Origin: Lama guanicoe
Lineage: Eukaryota
DNA: 64,000 nt
Direction: 5' to 3'
Assembly: GCA_013239625.1 (NCBI GenBank)
Contig: MU054323.1
Coordinates: forward strand, 496,001-560,000
Below, in pieces: positions 24,235 through 35,485 of the stretch. The stretch's first letter is position 1. Every line of letters begins with the position of its first letter. Both the position numbers and the translations under genes were made by a program. The notes beneath the pieces are model-generated. The model saw only the letters and a program-made list of their open reading frames with translations, was not told where the DNA came from and did not search any database.

Positions 24235-25464
24235 GTCCTCGGAAATAGGCTCATCCGCGGCTCAGGCAGAACTGGGTTCAGAGGGCTGCTCCCCATCTCT
24301 GGGCAACTGGCTGCTACATCTGTTCCATGAGGCCAACAATGTGTGCCTGAGAGGGGCAGCGAGGGCCACCCGCGGTAAAGCACTTGCTGTATGATTGGTG
24401 CAAGACGGAGGCTCGGTCAATGTGCGCTCCCTGGCCCCCTCCCCGACCCAGCCCACAGTCGGGGAGGAGGGGCTTCGTGGTGGAGCAGGGCAGGTTCGAG
24501 CCCCTCTCTTGGCTCCACCAGTAGCACGGGCTGCCTCTACCCCCACGGGAGCTTCTCCGGGTGTCAGGCTGAGATGCCAAGGACCGTTTCAGAGGGCCCT
24601 GTTCTCTGGTCCCATTGTACTTAAGATCATCACCATCTCTACAAGAGGACTGTGGACCCTGTAGGCTGGAGTGCCACCCATCCTTCCCTGTGCATCAGGC
24701 AGAGCCTGGTGCTGAGGCTTGGGGCGGCAGAGGGTGGGACTAGGACAGGACATCTGCGTGTCCGTCTGTCTGTGTTGCTGCACTGGCGATGGGACCACCC
24801 TCCGCTTGCCTGTTCTCTCCCCTTCACACCACCTGACAGACTTACACAGAAAGCCAGCCTCACCAGACCTGCCCCCTGAGTCGGTGGCACGGGGGAAGAT
24901 GAGGGAATTAACTTCTGGCCTGCTGACAGTGGGGTAGCCTGCCAAGGCCGCCCGGGTAATTTGGTTCCTTTCCTCTGCTGACTGTGTGCCAGCCACAAGA
25001 GCGGATTAAGCAGGGAAATTCTGCATGGAGAACTCTCCCCCTTGGCGCTCCGATCCCATTGTCTCCTGAGAGACAGCACTGGTGGTGCCAACGCACACCG
25101 CTCCACTGGCACGTCCCCAGAACAGATCGGCTTCTCGTTCCTGAAAAGAGGGATTTGTTTAAGAACTGGAGTTAAAAGAAAGAAGGAGAGGCAGGAGAGG
25201 ATGAGGCCACGGAGTAAAAGTTTGTTAATGAAAGGAGCAAGGGCTCTGTGCGGACGCCGGGGCCGGCAGGGGACGTTGGAGTTCCTCAAACTCCTCTGAG
25301 GATGATTTCAGTTCTGTCCACGCTTCTTGAGCACCTACTGGGTGCCAGCCACCGGGCTTGGCGTTGGCGGATGGGGTGGGGCAGAACACCCACGCGTGAA
25401 AGAAACCTGCCCTACTTGCTCTCAAGAACAGACACTTACACAAAAACTGGGATAACGGTAACCA

Positions 25465-25650
25465 ATAGTCACTGAGCACTTACTCCGCGCCAGGCACCGC
25501 TGCCGTGTTTTTATTCACATCAAAGCACTGAATCATCACAATATTCCTATGGGATTGGCATTATTGCTATTATTAAATCTCCACTTTCAAGATGGGAACC
25601 CATAAAGCTGAGACAGTGAGGGGTTATACACTATGAACAACTGATTGCTA
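25465..25650 (-). mobile_element. MIR SINE
   Basis: actgagcacttactccgcgccaggcaccgc...aatcatcacaatattcctatg...ccactttcaagatggg. Confidence 0.7.
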
Positions 25651-26454
25651 GAAAATGAATAAAAATAAAAACAAGCCCCTATGTGAAGGACTTGCCAATT
25701 TCCGTGGTGACCACAGGCTCCTTGTGCCCAGTTTCAAGCTTCCGATGTGATATCATTGGATGCGGAATTGGGAGGAGACGTGCATGCTTGGCCTACGAGC
25801 TGGCTCTGACGCACCCACGGATGTTAAGAAGCTCGTCTAAGCTCGTATGGAGAGTGGCTCAGAGTCAGGATCTCAGCCCAAATGACCGATTCCTGAGCCT
25901 CCTGTCTCAGTCCTTGGGAAACGCAACCTGCGATGTCTTAGAGAGGGGACTAACTGGAGAGGGCTGAATGAGGTGAGGTGTGTGAGGTGCCCCGGCAACT
26001 CTCAGGTCCTGCCTCACCAGCCAACCTCCTTGCTCCTCCTCCCACTTCATCCTCCTCTCCTACAAGCAACTGGCCCCAGTCATCCCTGGTCCAAGTTGTG
26101 GGTATACCACAACAACTTTTCTGTTACAGAACATAAAATGTGAGACACTTTTGGTATCCCATGTAAAAAATTGTGTAACCACTAATGAGGTCTTTAAATC
26201 CTCTTTTTGTACATCATTTTCATTTCATTATCCCAGCATGTTTGTGAGAAATGCAGTTAAAATTTGTCAGCACAAGAGTGAAAAAAAAAATGTCTCCTGC
26301 TGCCAGTTTCCCCCTTTTGGTATATCTTGCATGCTGGCTGATTTGCCTTCTCGAATCCAGTTACCATCCTGACTAGAATTCTTCAGTAGCTCCCATTACC
26401 TACAGATCAATGCTGGGCTTTTTAGTAAGGCACTCAAGACCTGCCAATATCTTA

Positions 26455-26585
26455 TGCATTCATCTATGCATCCATCATCCATCCACCTGCCCATCATGTA
26501 TTCATCTATCCATTCATCCATCCATCCATCCATCCATCATCCATCCATCCACCCATCATCAATCAATTGATCCATTCATCCATTT
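26455..26585. repeat. Degenerate (CCAT)n microsatellite adjoining an L2 tail
   Basis: catccatccatccatcc..., continuing into aaatattgagtgcctactatatgacaagc. Confidence 0.85.
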
Positions 26586-27200
26586 GTTCAATATGTACTC
26601 GATAAATATTGAGTGCCTACTATATGACAAGCAGGCTCTCTACCAAGTGAAATATGACCATCTCAACTTTATCTTCTATTACTTTCCACTCATTCATTCA
26701 TACAGTCAGCCAGTCAGCAATGAACATTTATAATATGTTAGGTTCTGAGGACATGAAGATAAATAAGACCAGATTCCACTCTTAAGCACTGTATAACCCA
26801 GGCAAATCAGATTGTTAGTCCTTGTCAAAATATTTTCCTCTCTCTCTGCTTTAGTGCACACCATTTTCCCCACCTGGACGACCCTCTCTACATTTCTGAA
26901 TATCCAGGTTTTATTTCTTGTTCAAGGCCACATTGATGCCTCCTCCATGAAGCCGCCCCTGATCCCCTGTCCCACTCTGCCATGCTGGAGCTGATCAGGC
27001 TTTCCCTGAAATCCCACTGGGATCTTTTGTCCTCTTTTACGACCCTATTCTTTCTTAGTTTAAAGCCATTTGCATCCACGTCTATTCTCTGTTACTGGAA
27101 CCGACCTCCTGGAGCTCTGGGACTCAGTGAACCACAGCTGTATCTCCCCAGGGAGCAGGTGAGCAGAAAGTGCCTGTTGGTTGAATGATGAAGGAAAGAA
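26560..27200. mobile_element. L2 fragments in both orientations
   Basis: Minus tails at ~26560-26650 and ~26690-26800; plus body ~26830-27200 ending ctgttggttgaatgatgaa. Confidence 0.6.
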
Positions 27201-27825
27201 GTCATAATGGTGAGAAAAAAAATGCTGTCTCTCTTTGTTGCTGCCACTACTTCTGGCACAGGAGCCCCGCTGAGGTCTAGCGAAAAAGAAACTTACACTC
27301 GGGCCATTTGGGTGCCTTCCAAGTTGTATGATGTGCCTTCCATTCCTCTCATTTTTTTTTTTTAAGTTTTACAGGTAGCTTTATTAAAATGACAATTAAT
27401 CCTGGGAGCAAACTAATCAATTTAAATGTAAGGTATTAGAACTTGAAGGGACCTGAAAGATCCTTTCGTTTTAGCCCCTAATTTAGATCAGAAAAAAATC
27501 AGACCCAGAGAGACAAACTAACTTACTCAGATTATCCTGTGAGTGATGGCAGTTAATTCTACAAGGCACCATATTAATGGGTTACGGAAGTTCCCTCGCT
27601 GGCTCAACTACTCTGCAAGTCTGCTCTGTGTCAGGCAAAAAGATGATCCCAAGCCAGGAAGGGACAGGCTAAAATGTGGGAACTGGTGGTCTAATTCTTG
27701 AGACGTATGTTCATTAAGAGTCGCAAAAATGAGGGCAAAAAATAGCTCATATAAGGTAGCAAATTTCAGTTATCTGGAAGATTTACCTTTGCAAAGTGAC
27801 CCATTTTACAACATAGCCATACAAA

Positions 27826-27954
27826 GTGGTGACCATATTTTCTTGTTTGCAGGGGACAGTCCCAAGTTTACTCTTCTTGTCACAGCAAAATCATTAATAG
27901 TGCTTCCTTTCTCAAAGGTGTGGTGGTTTGGACAGTACATGATACTGTCATCCT
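27826..27954 (+). mobile_element. MER94-like hAT MITE
   Basis: ggtgaccatattttcttgtttgcaggggacagtcccaagtttactc...attaatagtgc...ggtttggaca...tgtcatcct. Confidence 0.75.
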
Positions 27955-29157
27955 GTATAAAGTGGAGTAGTTTTTATTCGACTTGGACCTCTACTGCTAC
28001 CAAAGCTGTTTTCACTTTACAGCAGGCTCTAAACTGTGTGTCACTGGCCCATTGCACTGGAACCATGAACATTTCAAGACTGCTTTTGAGAGCGCCCTGG
28101 AGAGACCATCAGAGCCACTGGAACTATGCCTCTTTCCCTCTTGGTGTCTCTCTACTGCAAAGATTTTCTAGTGACACATCCTTTCCAATCTCAGGAAAAT
28201 AAAAATGACTTGTAGAAGCAGGTTGATCAGTTTTGCCCAAAATAAAACTACAAGCAGTCTTGTGGGTGGGGAGGTAGACGATGCTGCCGGAGTGTCATGT
28301 GTCAAATACAAGTCATTCCGGGCATTTCTGCATAAAAATCCATGTCCAATCTTCCCACATGAACTTGTCATTAGGTAAATTACTTTAAAGTATTAAATGA
28401 ACCATAAAATCATCCATTTGGGAAATGCTAAACTTCCAAAACACGTGCATTGCCAATTTTGGACATTCAAATGGTTTGAATTCTCTCTTGCTGTCCGACT
28501 CCCATTCTTTGGGGTTGATGGAAATAAAAATGACTGGAAGGGAGGCGTATGCAGGTAACTCACCTCAGGGCTCCTGACAATGTTCGTCAGAGGCCCTAAA
28601 GACATCATAGCATCCATTCTTGATTGCATCTTTGTACAAAGAGTGTTATTACGGATTTTGGACAAAGTGTCCTGGGTTGTTGGGGAGATATTAGGACCCC
28701 ATTTTCATCTATGTCTTGCTCCATGCCAGTTTTTTTTCTGACTTGGGCTCCTGTCTTTAGTCTGCCCCCTGACCATCTGCCCTTTCTGCTGCAGCCTGGG
28801 AGACCTTTCTGAAACAGAGGTACAGACGGGTCAGAACCCTGCTTCTAACATTCTGAGGTCTCACTGCCTGTAGAAATCATCTCCAAGAACAGTATCCCCA
28901 AGTTCCCAACCAGCTGACCCCGATGTTGCTTTCTTGCTTCACTCTCAGTATAAAATTTCTTCTATTGTGCACTTTCAAGTTCAAGTAGAAGAAAAGCCCG
29001 CCTCAGAATCAAGGGCATCAACTCTTGCTGCCACCGCCAGGTGAGTGTTATCAGGCGCTTGGAAATGATCCCTTCGGGCTTTAGAACAAATAGATTTCAT
29101 AAAAGACTCTTGGGACCAACATTTTTGTAAGCAGAGGAGTTTTTTTCCTCCAACTTT

Positions 29158-29220
29158 CCCATCCATCCATCCATGCATATATCCATCCATCCATCCACCC
29201 ACCCATCCACCCATCCATTT
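29158..29220. repeat. (CCAT/CCAC)n microsatellite at an L2 tail
   Basis: atccatccatccatgcatatatccatccatccatccacccacccatcc. Confidence 0.85.
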
Positions 29221-30165
29221 ACACATTCTTTCAACAGTTCATTGATGGCTTGCTCGGTGCCAGACCCTTGAGCTGTGTGGTGGAAGTACTTTGGTGAACA
29301 GTAGAAGTTCCTGGCTTTGTGGAACTTAGACTCTGGTGAGAAACTGCTGTTCTTCCCCCAACATGCTGTCCATTGCCTACGACCATGCAGTGTCCTCCAC
29401 CTAGAATGTCATCATTCCTGTCCTCTATCTAGAAAATGCTTCATCATTCTTAAAACCCAGCTGAAGCATTTCTTTCTGAAGCCACCCACATCTCCCCTGA
29501 GCCAGGATGTGGAGTCATGTAGACCCACAAAAGATCGTGTGGGGTCAGATTGATGCACAAAAATCTCTTTTTCCTTCTCCCCTTGGGACCTTGACCAAAT
29601 CAGTCAATCTCTCAAGCCTCAGTTTATGAAACTATAAAATGGGAATAATAAAAGTAGTTCATTTCATGACACAGAGGAGTTTTGAGGTTCAAACAGATGT
29701 TTAAATGCCTTACACCACTGATGCCAAGTTGATTTCACCACTTCCGGTACCTTTGCTAAGAGCTGGCTCTGTAAGCCAGCCCTGTGCTCTTGCTAGGGAT
29801 GGAGATTTCAGTCGACCCTTCTCGCGAGGAGCACAGAGTAGGTAACCATTGTGGAATTACGACGACATGTTGTGAGACGTCCGATGAGGGAGGCCCGCAC
29901 AGGGTGCTGTGGGAACATGGGGAATGTGGGTTCAAACACGAAAATCACGTGATTTAAAGAAACTAGAGCAAACCCGCCTATCATGCCCTGCACTCTGTGT
30001 GCACCGTTCTAAGAGCCTTAAATGCATTAATCCATTTAACTCTCACATTTATTATCCCACTTTGAAGTAGGTACATTTATTATTCCCATGACACAGATGG
30101 GGAAAACTTTGGTCCAAGATGATAGAGTTAATAAATGGTGGAGGTAGGATTTAAACCTCTCGTGC
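29210..30165. mobile_element. L2 fragments (~29210-29510, ~29820-29920) and MIRs (plus ~29580-29720, minus ~29990-30165)
   Basis: gtgccagacccttgagc; cctagaatgtc...aaaacccagctgaagc; aagcctcagtttatgaaactataaaatgggaataata; cccatgacacagatggggaaaact. Confidence 0.6.
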
Positions 30166-30964
30166 CCTTTACAAACCAGGGCCACGTGGGAGTGCGAGGG
30201 CATCGCATGTGGACTGGGGCAGTAAGCGGGGCTGGCATGACCAGAGCAGACAGACATAAAGGGAGGAAAGAGGTCCCATCCCCAAAGGCGTAAAGCCTGC
30301 GGGGGAGTCTGCAGCCCCCAGAGTTTCTCAAAGCAGGAATGATGTGGGACAAGGACAGGCCTTCTAGAAAGTTGGATCTTGCCTTCTTTCTTGTGAGGAC
30401 ACAGCCACACTCCTGGAAACTAGCCTTGAGCAAGGCTGGCTTCAGACGATTGTCAGAGATTAGACCGTGTTTTGGTTTGAGGAGTCATAACTGTCCCTGG
30501 TGAGGCTTGTGTGTTCTGACCCCAACACATCTGAAGAGTGTGTGGAGAGAAAGCTATTCTTTAGAAGTTTCCTTATCTACTGGACTCTTGGATCCATCAT
30601 AAAAAGTTGCTAAGTGGTTGACATCTTTCCTTTTTCTTTTTGTTTATGTGACCCTAAAAATTTGGGTATTTGGCTTCATTCAGGCAACAATCGATTTGAC
30701 TTGCCCTGGGCTGCTCTTTGCGAACATTCCAAGCTAGGTTAAATCAATGATCTCTTTTCTTGTCTCTAAACTGGATTGCTTTGGGGAATTTTTCTTTGAA
30801 AAGCTTTTATTGACTTTTCCTCAAAGAAGAAGTGACACATTGGATTCGCAATGAAATCCCCTTTCGGATGAGCTGGGAGGTCCCCACAGTGAGTCCTCAA
30901 CAACAAAGGTCTTAAAGTTGAAAGAGTTCCCAGAAGCTATCCAGCCTGGCAGCTCAGATCTGAT

Positions 30965-31110
30965 CCACCACTGGCTTCATGTGGGAGCTTCAGAGATTTA
31001 CAGAATAATAGCAGCAGCAGTAGAACCAATGGATCAGAATCTTTGGAGGAGGGCTGGGGCTCTGTTGGTGAAGAATGGCCCCAGATGTTTCTGCAGCAGC
31101 TTGTCTGGGG
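30965..31110. mobile_element. Degenerate MER5-like MITE fragment
   Basis: ccaatggatcagaatctttggaggagggctggg...ccccagatgtttctgcagcagc. Confidence 0.45.
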
Positions 31111-31704
31111 ATCTCTGGAACTTCTGGTCTACCTGACAGGACAGCCACCAGTATCTGTGTAATTTCAGCTCTGCACACATCTACGGAAGCACTTAGGGGA
31201 TGAAATCCAGCCTGAGCTCTGGAAGGAGGGTCCCCTTTTCTTTGGATGACTGTCAGCTGGCGAGGTGTGCCTGCAGGGTTGGGGCTACACAGAGGGGCCA
31301 TCTTTTCCTAATTTACATTAAAGCTCCCTGTAGGCTAATGGAGGCATTGCTAACTGACCCCCGATGCTGCGATGATGTTAAGGACCCTCTGAATGGTCAC
31401 ACCAGATGGTTCCAGAGGCAGCCCATTCCATAGAGGGAACCATGTGTTTGTTACTTCCGCCCTTTCCTCCAGCTCCCTATCACCTGCAACCACGAATCCT
31501 GCTCTGGACCCCAGAAGTCCCCCAGAATTCATGCAGTCCCTCTTCCCCAAGAGAGACCCTTCAGGGCTTGAAAATAGTCAACATGGTTCCTCCAGTCTTG
31601 GTTTCTTGGTTAAAATAACCCCACATCCTTCAGCTATTTCTTGAATAACCTGGTTTTGTTTTCTCTTCTCTCATGCCTGGCATCAGCCACATGAATGGAT
31701 GCTT

Positions 31705-31990
31705 CATCCATCCATTCATTAGTCCGCACATACATCAGAATCCAATAGTCAGTCAACAAACATTTATTGAGTGCCTACTATCATTTTACCTCTTTTCCAG
31801 CCTTTGAGGATGTAAAGGCAAGCAAGACAGGACATCTCTCATCTCATGGACCTTAAAGTCTAGTGGTCTAGGGAAGACAAGTAATAGACAAGCAAATTAA
31901 TGAATAAGAAAGATAATTTCAGACCATGTTGGGCATGGAGCACCATGCAAGATATCAGAGGCTTTGGAGACAAAATAAAAAAAAAACAAT
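31705..31990 (-). mobile_element. L2 3' fragment
   Basis: cagtcaacaaacatttattgagtgcctacta...ctcatggaccttaaagtctagtgg...ataatttcaga. Confidence 0.8.
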
Positions 31991-32869
31991 CTGAAAGTTG
32001 TTTACAGTCTAGTGCGGAGATTCGATCCCGGAGTTCCCATCTGGCATGGTCAAGACTGAAATTGAGGCTTGGAGGAAGGCGTGGGCTCATGGGGAGGCGA
32101 AGGCCTAGGGAAGAGGAGGGGGATCCCCCTAGGGGATCGGGCCTCCTCAATTATCCAGTTAGGGTAGGTTTTTCCACTTTTTGCCTTAAATACCTCTGAG
32201 TCACTACATTGTATGTTAGGTCATGCTGGATAAACTTGATTTCAGAGTCTGTGTTTTTTAGGGGTGGACGGAGTTTTCTATGAGAAAAAAAAAACAAACC
32301 AACATGTTGCAATTCCCATTTAAGTCTGGTAGGCCTTGGAGCCAAAACACTCTGTGCACTAACTACTAAGTTACGCAGAGATGCAAGATACCCGGCTCCT
32401 TCAATCTGGTCGGCTTGGCAGGGCAAGCGCTCAGTAACAATGACTTCCTATATACCATCCACAGTATAAAAACTGGAGACTGTGTTTTGTCTTGCTCTGT
32501 GCCCTCTGGGGCCAATTCCAGCGCCAAGCTCCCTTTGAAGTCTCCGTGCCTGGACCAGCTTCACAGGCTCTGAATTCAGATGAGAAATGGGCCCATTATT
32601 AACGGGGGCAAAGCATTTGCACCCTCTTCACACAGTGTGGGTGGCACTGGGCTTCCATGGGACACCCTGGGGCAGGGTGTCAGAGTGCTCGGGCTCAAGT
32701 GCCGGCCTTGGCACTGGTTTCTTCTGGGACTGGTTGGCACTGAGTGTCACTGGATGAGTAATGCCTTCCTTGTGCTGAGCTGCTGAGCAATGAGGAGTTA
32801 CTAGGGGCAGAAGATGAGCTTTGGGTTTGGGGAGGCAGTCCTTACAGTAGAGAAGCAGACCCATTCAGT

Positions 32870-33180
32870 GTCTCATTGACTGATTCACTCATTCAAACAT
32901 TGACTATGTATCCACTCTGTCCCTCATCTTCTCAGGGAACAAAGATCAACATGATGCTAGAGGAGAAGCTGGCATGTGAACCAATCAGTGCAAAGGAGAG
33001 TTACGGCTACCCTGGACAAAATCTGGTGAGGTGAGGAGGAGGCAGAATGGAGGAAGTCAGCAATTCTCCCTGGCTGGGGGTGGTGAGAAAAGGCTTCCTC
33101 AAGGAAGTGGTGTTTGAACTGCATTCTCAAAGTCAACATCAGAAGCAAACCAGCAGGAGAGGAATCCAGGGGTACTGCAT
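32870..33180 (-). mobile_element. L2 3' fragment
   Basis: attcactcattcaaacattgac...gaaaaggcttcctcaaggaagtggtgtttgaactg. Confidence 0.65.
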
Positions 33181-33519
33181 TATGATCAGACACACACTAC
33201 TCTGCTCACGAAGCCTTAGCCGGGCTGCCTGGGTGACTTGATTCTGAGCACAAGGAGTGTGTTAATGACACTGTTCTGTTTCGTGTGATGTCACAGAAAG
33301 GGGAGAGTGCCTGAGTTTGAGATGTGTTCCCCCTTCCCTCCTGGGTTGATGTCAACAATATTTTGTCGTTTGATAAAAAGAGTGAAATGGTTGTTTGGGG
33401 TAGAGAGCTGTGTCTCCTGCTAAACCCCTCTTGGCCCCTGAGGGTGGCCCCTCAAAGGAAAGCTGGGTTTTCCAAACACATTTTGTCACCTGCAGTCAAA
33501 TGATTTCTAGACCCCTTCT

Positions 33520-33950
33520 CAGCTTGGGATTCAGCTCCAAGCTGTCACTTCGTAGCTGTGTGACCTTGGCCACATCGCTCCCTTTCTTATTCCCTCATTT
33601 CCCCATCTACATGAGGATGAGGGGATGATGATGACCTTGGGGACTCAACCCCTTCTGGCTTTACCGTCCGAGATGAAAAGATCCAACCACACTGGCCATG
33701 TAGGTGAATTTGGTTTTCAGGAAAGAAAAAAAAAATAGTATTTTTCGAGTGCTTTCTACATACCAGGCACAGGGCTGAAGGTTTTACACCCAGGACTTCA
33801 TCCAACCAGCACAGGCGTCTCTTAGGTAGCATCATTTTCATCATCTCAGAGGTAAGAAAACAAGCTCAAACAGATGAAAGGACAGGACCGAGCTGTCGGC
33901 AGTGGTGTTGGGGAGCAGGAGAGCAGGGGCTGGGGTCTCTGCCTCTCATC
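33520..33950. mobile_element. Two MIRs (plus ~33520-33640, minus ~33740-33950)
   Basis: gctgtcacttcgtagctgtgtgaccttggcca; gagtgctttctacataccaggcacagggctga...gaggtaagaaaacaagctca. Confidence 0.7.
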
Positions 33951-33964
33951 TCAGGGCTATTTCT

Positions 33965-34794
33965 TTTTTGTTTTTTTTTTCGAATTGAAGTATAGCTGAT
34001 TTACAATGTTGTGTTAGTTTCAAGTGCAAAGTGATTCAGTTATACATAGACATATATATATATCTATTATTTTTCAGATTCTTTTCCATTATAGGTTATT
34101 ACAAGATATTGAATATAGTTCCCTGTGCTATACAGTAGGACCTTGTTTATCTACTTTATGTATAGTAGTGTGTATATGTTAACCCCAAACTCCTAATTTA
34201 TCCCTCCCCCCACCTCTTTGCCCTTTGGTAACCACAGTTTGTTTTCTGTCTTTGTAAGTCTATTTCTGATATGCAAATAAGTTCATGTGATTTTTTTTGT
34301 TTTGTTTTTAGATTTTGCATATAAATGATATGGTATTTGTTATTCTCTGTATGACTTACTTCATTTAGTATGATCATCTCTAGGTCCATCCATGTTGCTG
34401 CAAATGACATTATTTCATTCTTTTTTATGGCTGAGCAATATTCCATTGTATATATATTTACCACATCTTTACTCAGTTATCTGTCAATGGATATTTAGGC
34501 TGCTTCCATGTCTTGACTGTTTTAAATAGTGCTGCTATGAACATTGGTGTGCATGTATCTTTTCTAGCTAGAGTTTCTCTGGCTATATGCCCAGGAATGG
34601 GATTGCTGGATCATATGGTAACTCTGTTTTTAGTTTTTTAAGGAAACTCCATATTTCCTTAGTGGCTGCACCAATTTACATTCTCACCAACAGTGTAGGA
34701 GGGTTCCCTTTGCTCTACACACTCTCCAGCATTTATTATTTGTAGACTTTTTAATGATGGCCATTCTGACTGATGTGAGGGGAGACCTCATTGT
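33965..34794 (-). mobile_element. 5'-truncated cetartiodactyl-type LINE-1 (ORF2 C-terminal remnant, 3' UTR and poly(A))
   Basis: ORF 34198-34464 encodes YTMEYCSAIKKNEIMSFAATWMDLEMIILNEVS, the L1 ORF2 end; T-rich tail at left; degenerate TSD gggctatttct / gggcctaattct. Confidence 0.93.
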
Positions 34795-35267
34795 GGGCCT
34801 AATTCTGTCCTTCTGGTCTTTGATATCAGGAACTGTCTGGCTCTCTTTTCTGGGTTATTTGTTTAGCACAGTGGGCTTTGATGCTGGTGGAAGCCTGCGC
34901 TTAGCTCCAAGGAGCCCCCACGTGCTCTGCTGTCCACAGTACCTGCTGGCCCAGAGCCAGCCTGGCTGGATGGTCAGTCCATGCACCCTGGGAGATGCCA
35001 CAGCCCCATGTGAGGGGTGCATCTTGCAGGAGTTGCCTGACCAGACAGACAGAAGAGGCTGTGAAGTCTTGTCAAGGAATCCTAGGCTGAGTCATAGGAG
35101 CCCCCAGGTCCTCACATGGTGGGGGTTGGGGGAGGGGTTGTGTCTTGTGTTGGGGAAACAGAAATCATGGATCTGGTCAGAATCACCCTTGTAGTTAGTT
35201 TTTGGAGCAGTAAATGTTACCTAGAAGTCCAAAGGGAGGAGATACAGCTTAAGTAAGAAAAAGCGTA

Positions 35268-35485
35268 AAAGAATTGTGTATGTAGATACACAACAAGGAC
35301 TGACTGTATTGCACAGGGAACTAAATTCAGTATTCTGTAGTGAACTATAATGGAATAGAATTAAACAAAATAGATATATACATATATATGTATAATGAAA
35401 TCACTTTGCAGGATACCTGGAACACAATATTATAAATCAACTAGACCACAAAAAAAAAGACAAAAAAGTTAAAAAAAAAAAAAAG
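35268..35485 (+). mobile_element. LINE-1 3' UTR tip with poly(A)
   Basis: caacaaggactgactgtattgcacagggaacta...tcactttgcaggatacctggaacacaatattataaatcaacta, then A-rich tail. Confidence 0.88.

Noticed and set aside
24639..25289. Longest ORF (216 aa) and other ORFs over 150 aa (e.g. 37142-37729, 36462-36986, 42404-42931)
   Set aside because: No recognisable domain, overlapping ORFs in several frames, composition typical of GC-rich non-coding DNA, and no exon-like splice context
34198..34464. ORF with recognisable protein similarity
   Set aside because: Decayed LINE-1 ORF2 C-terminus inside a 5'-truncated element, not a host gene
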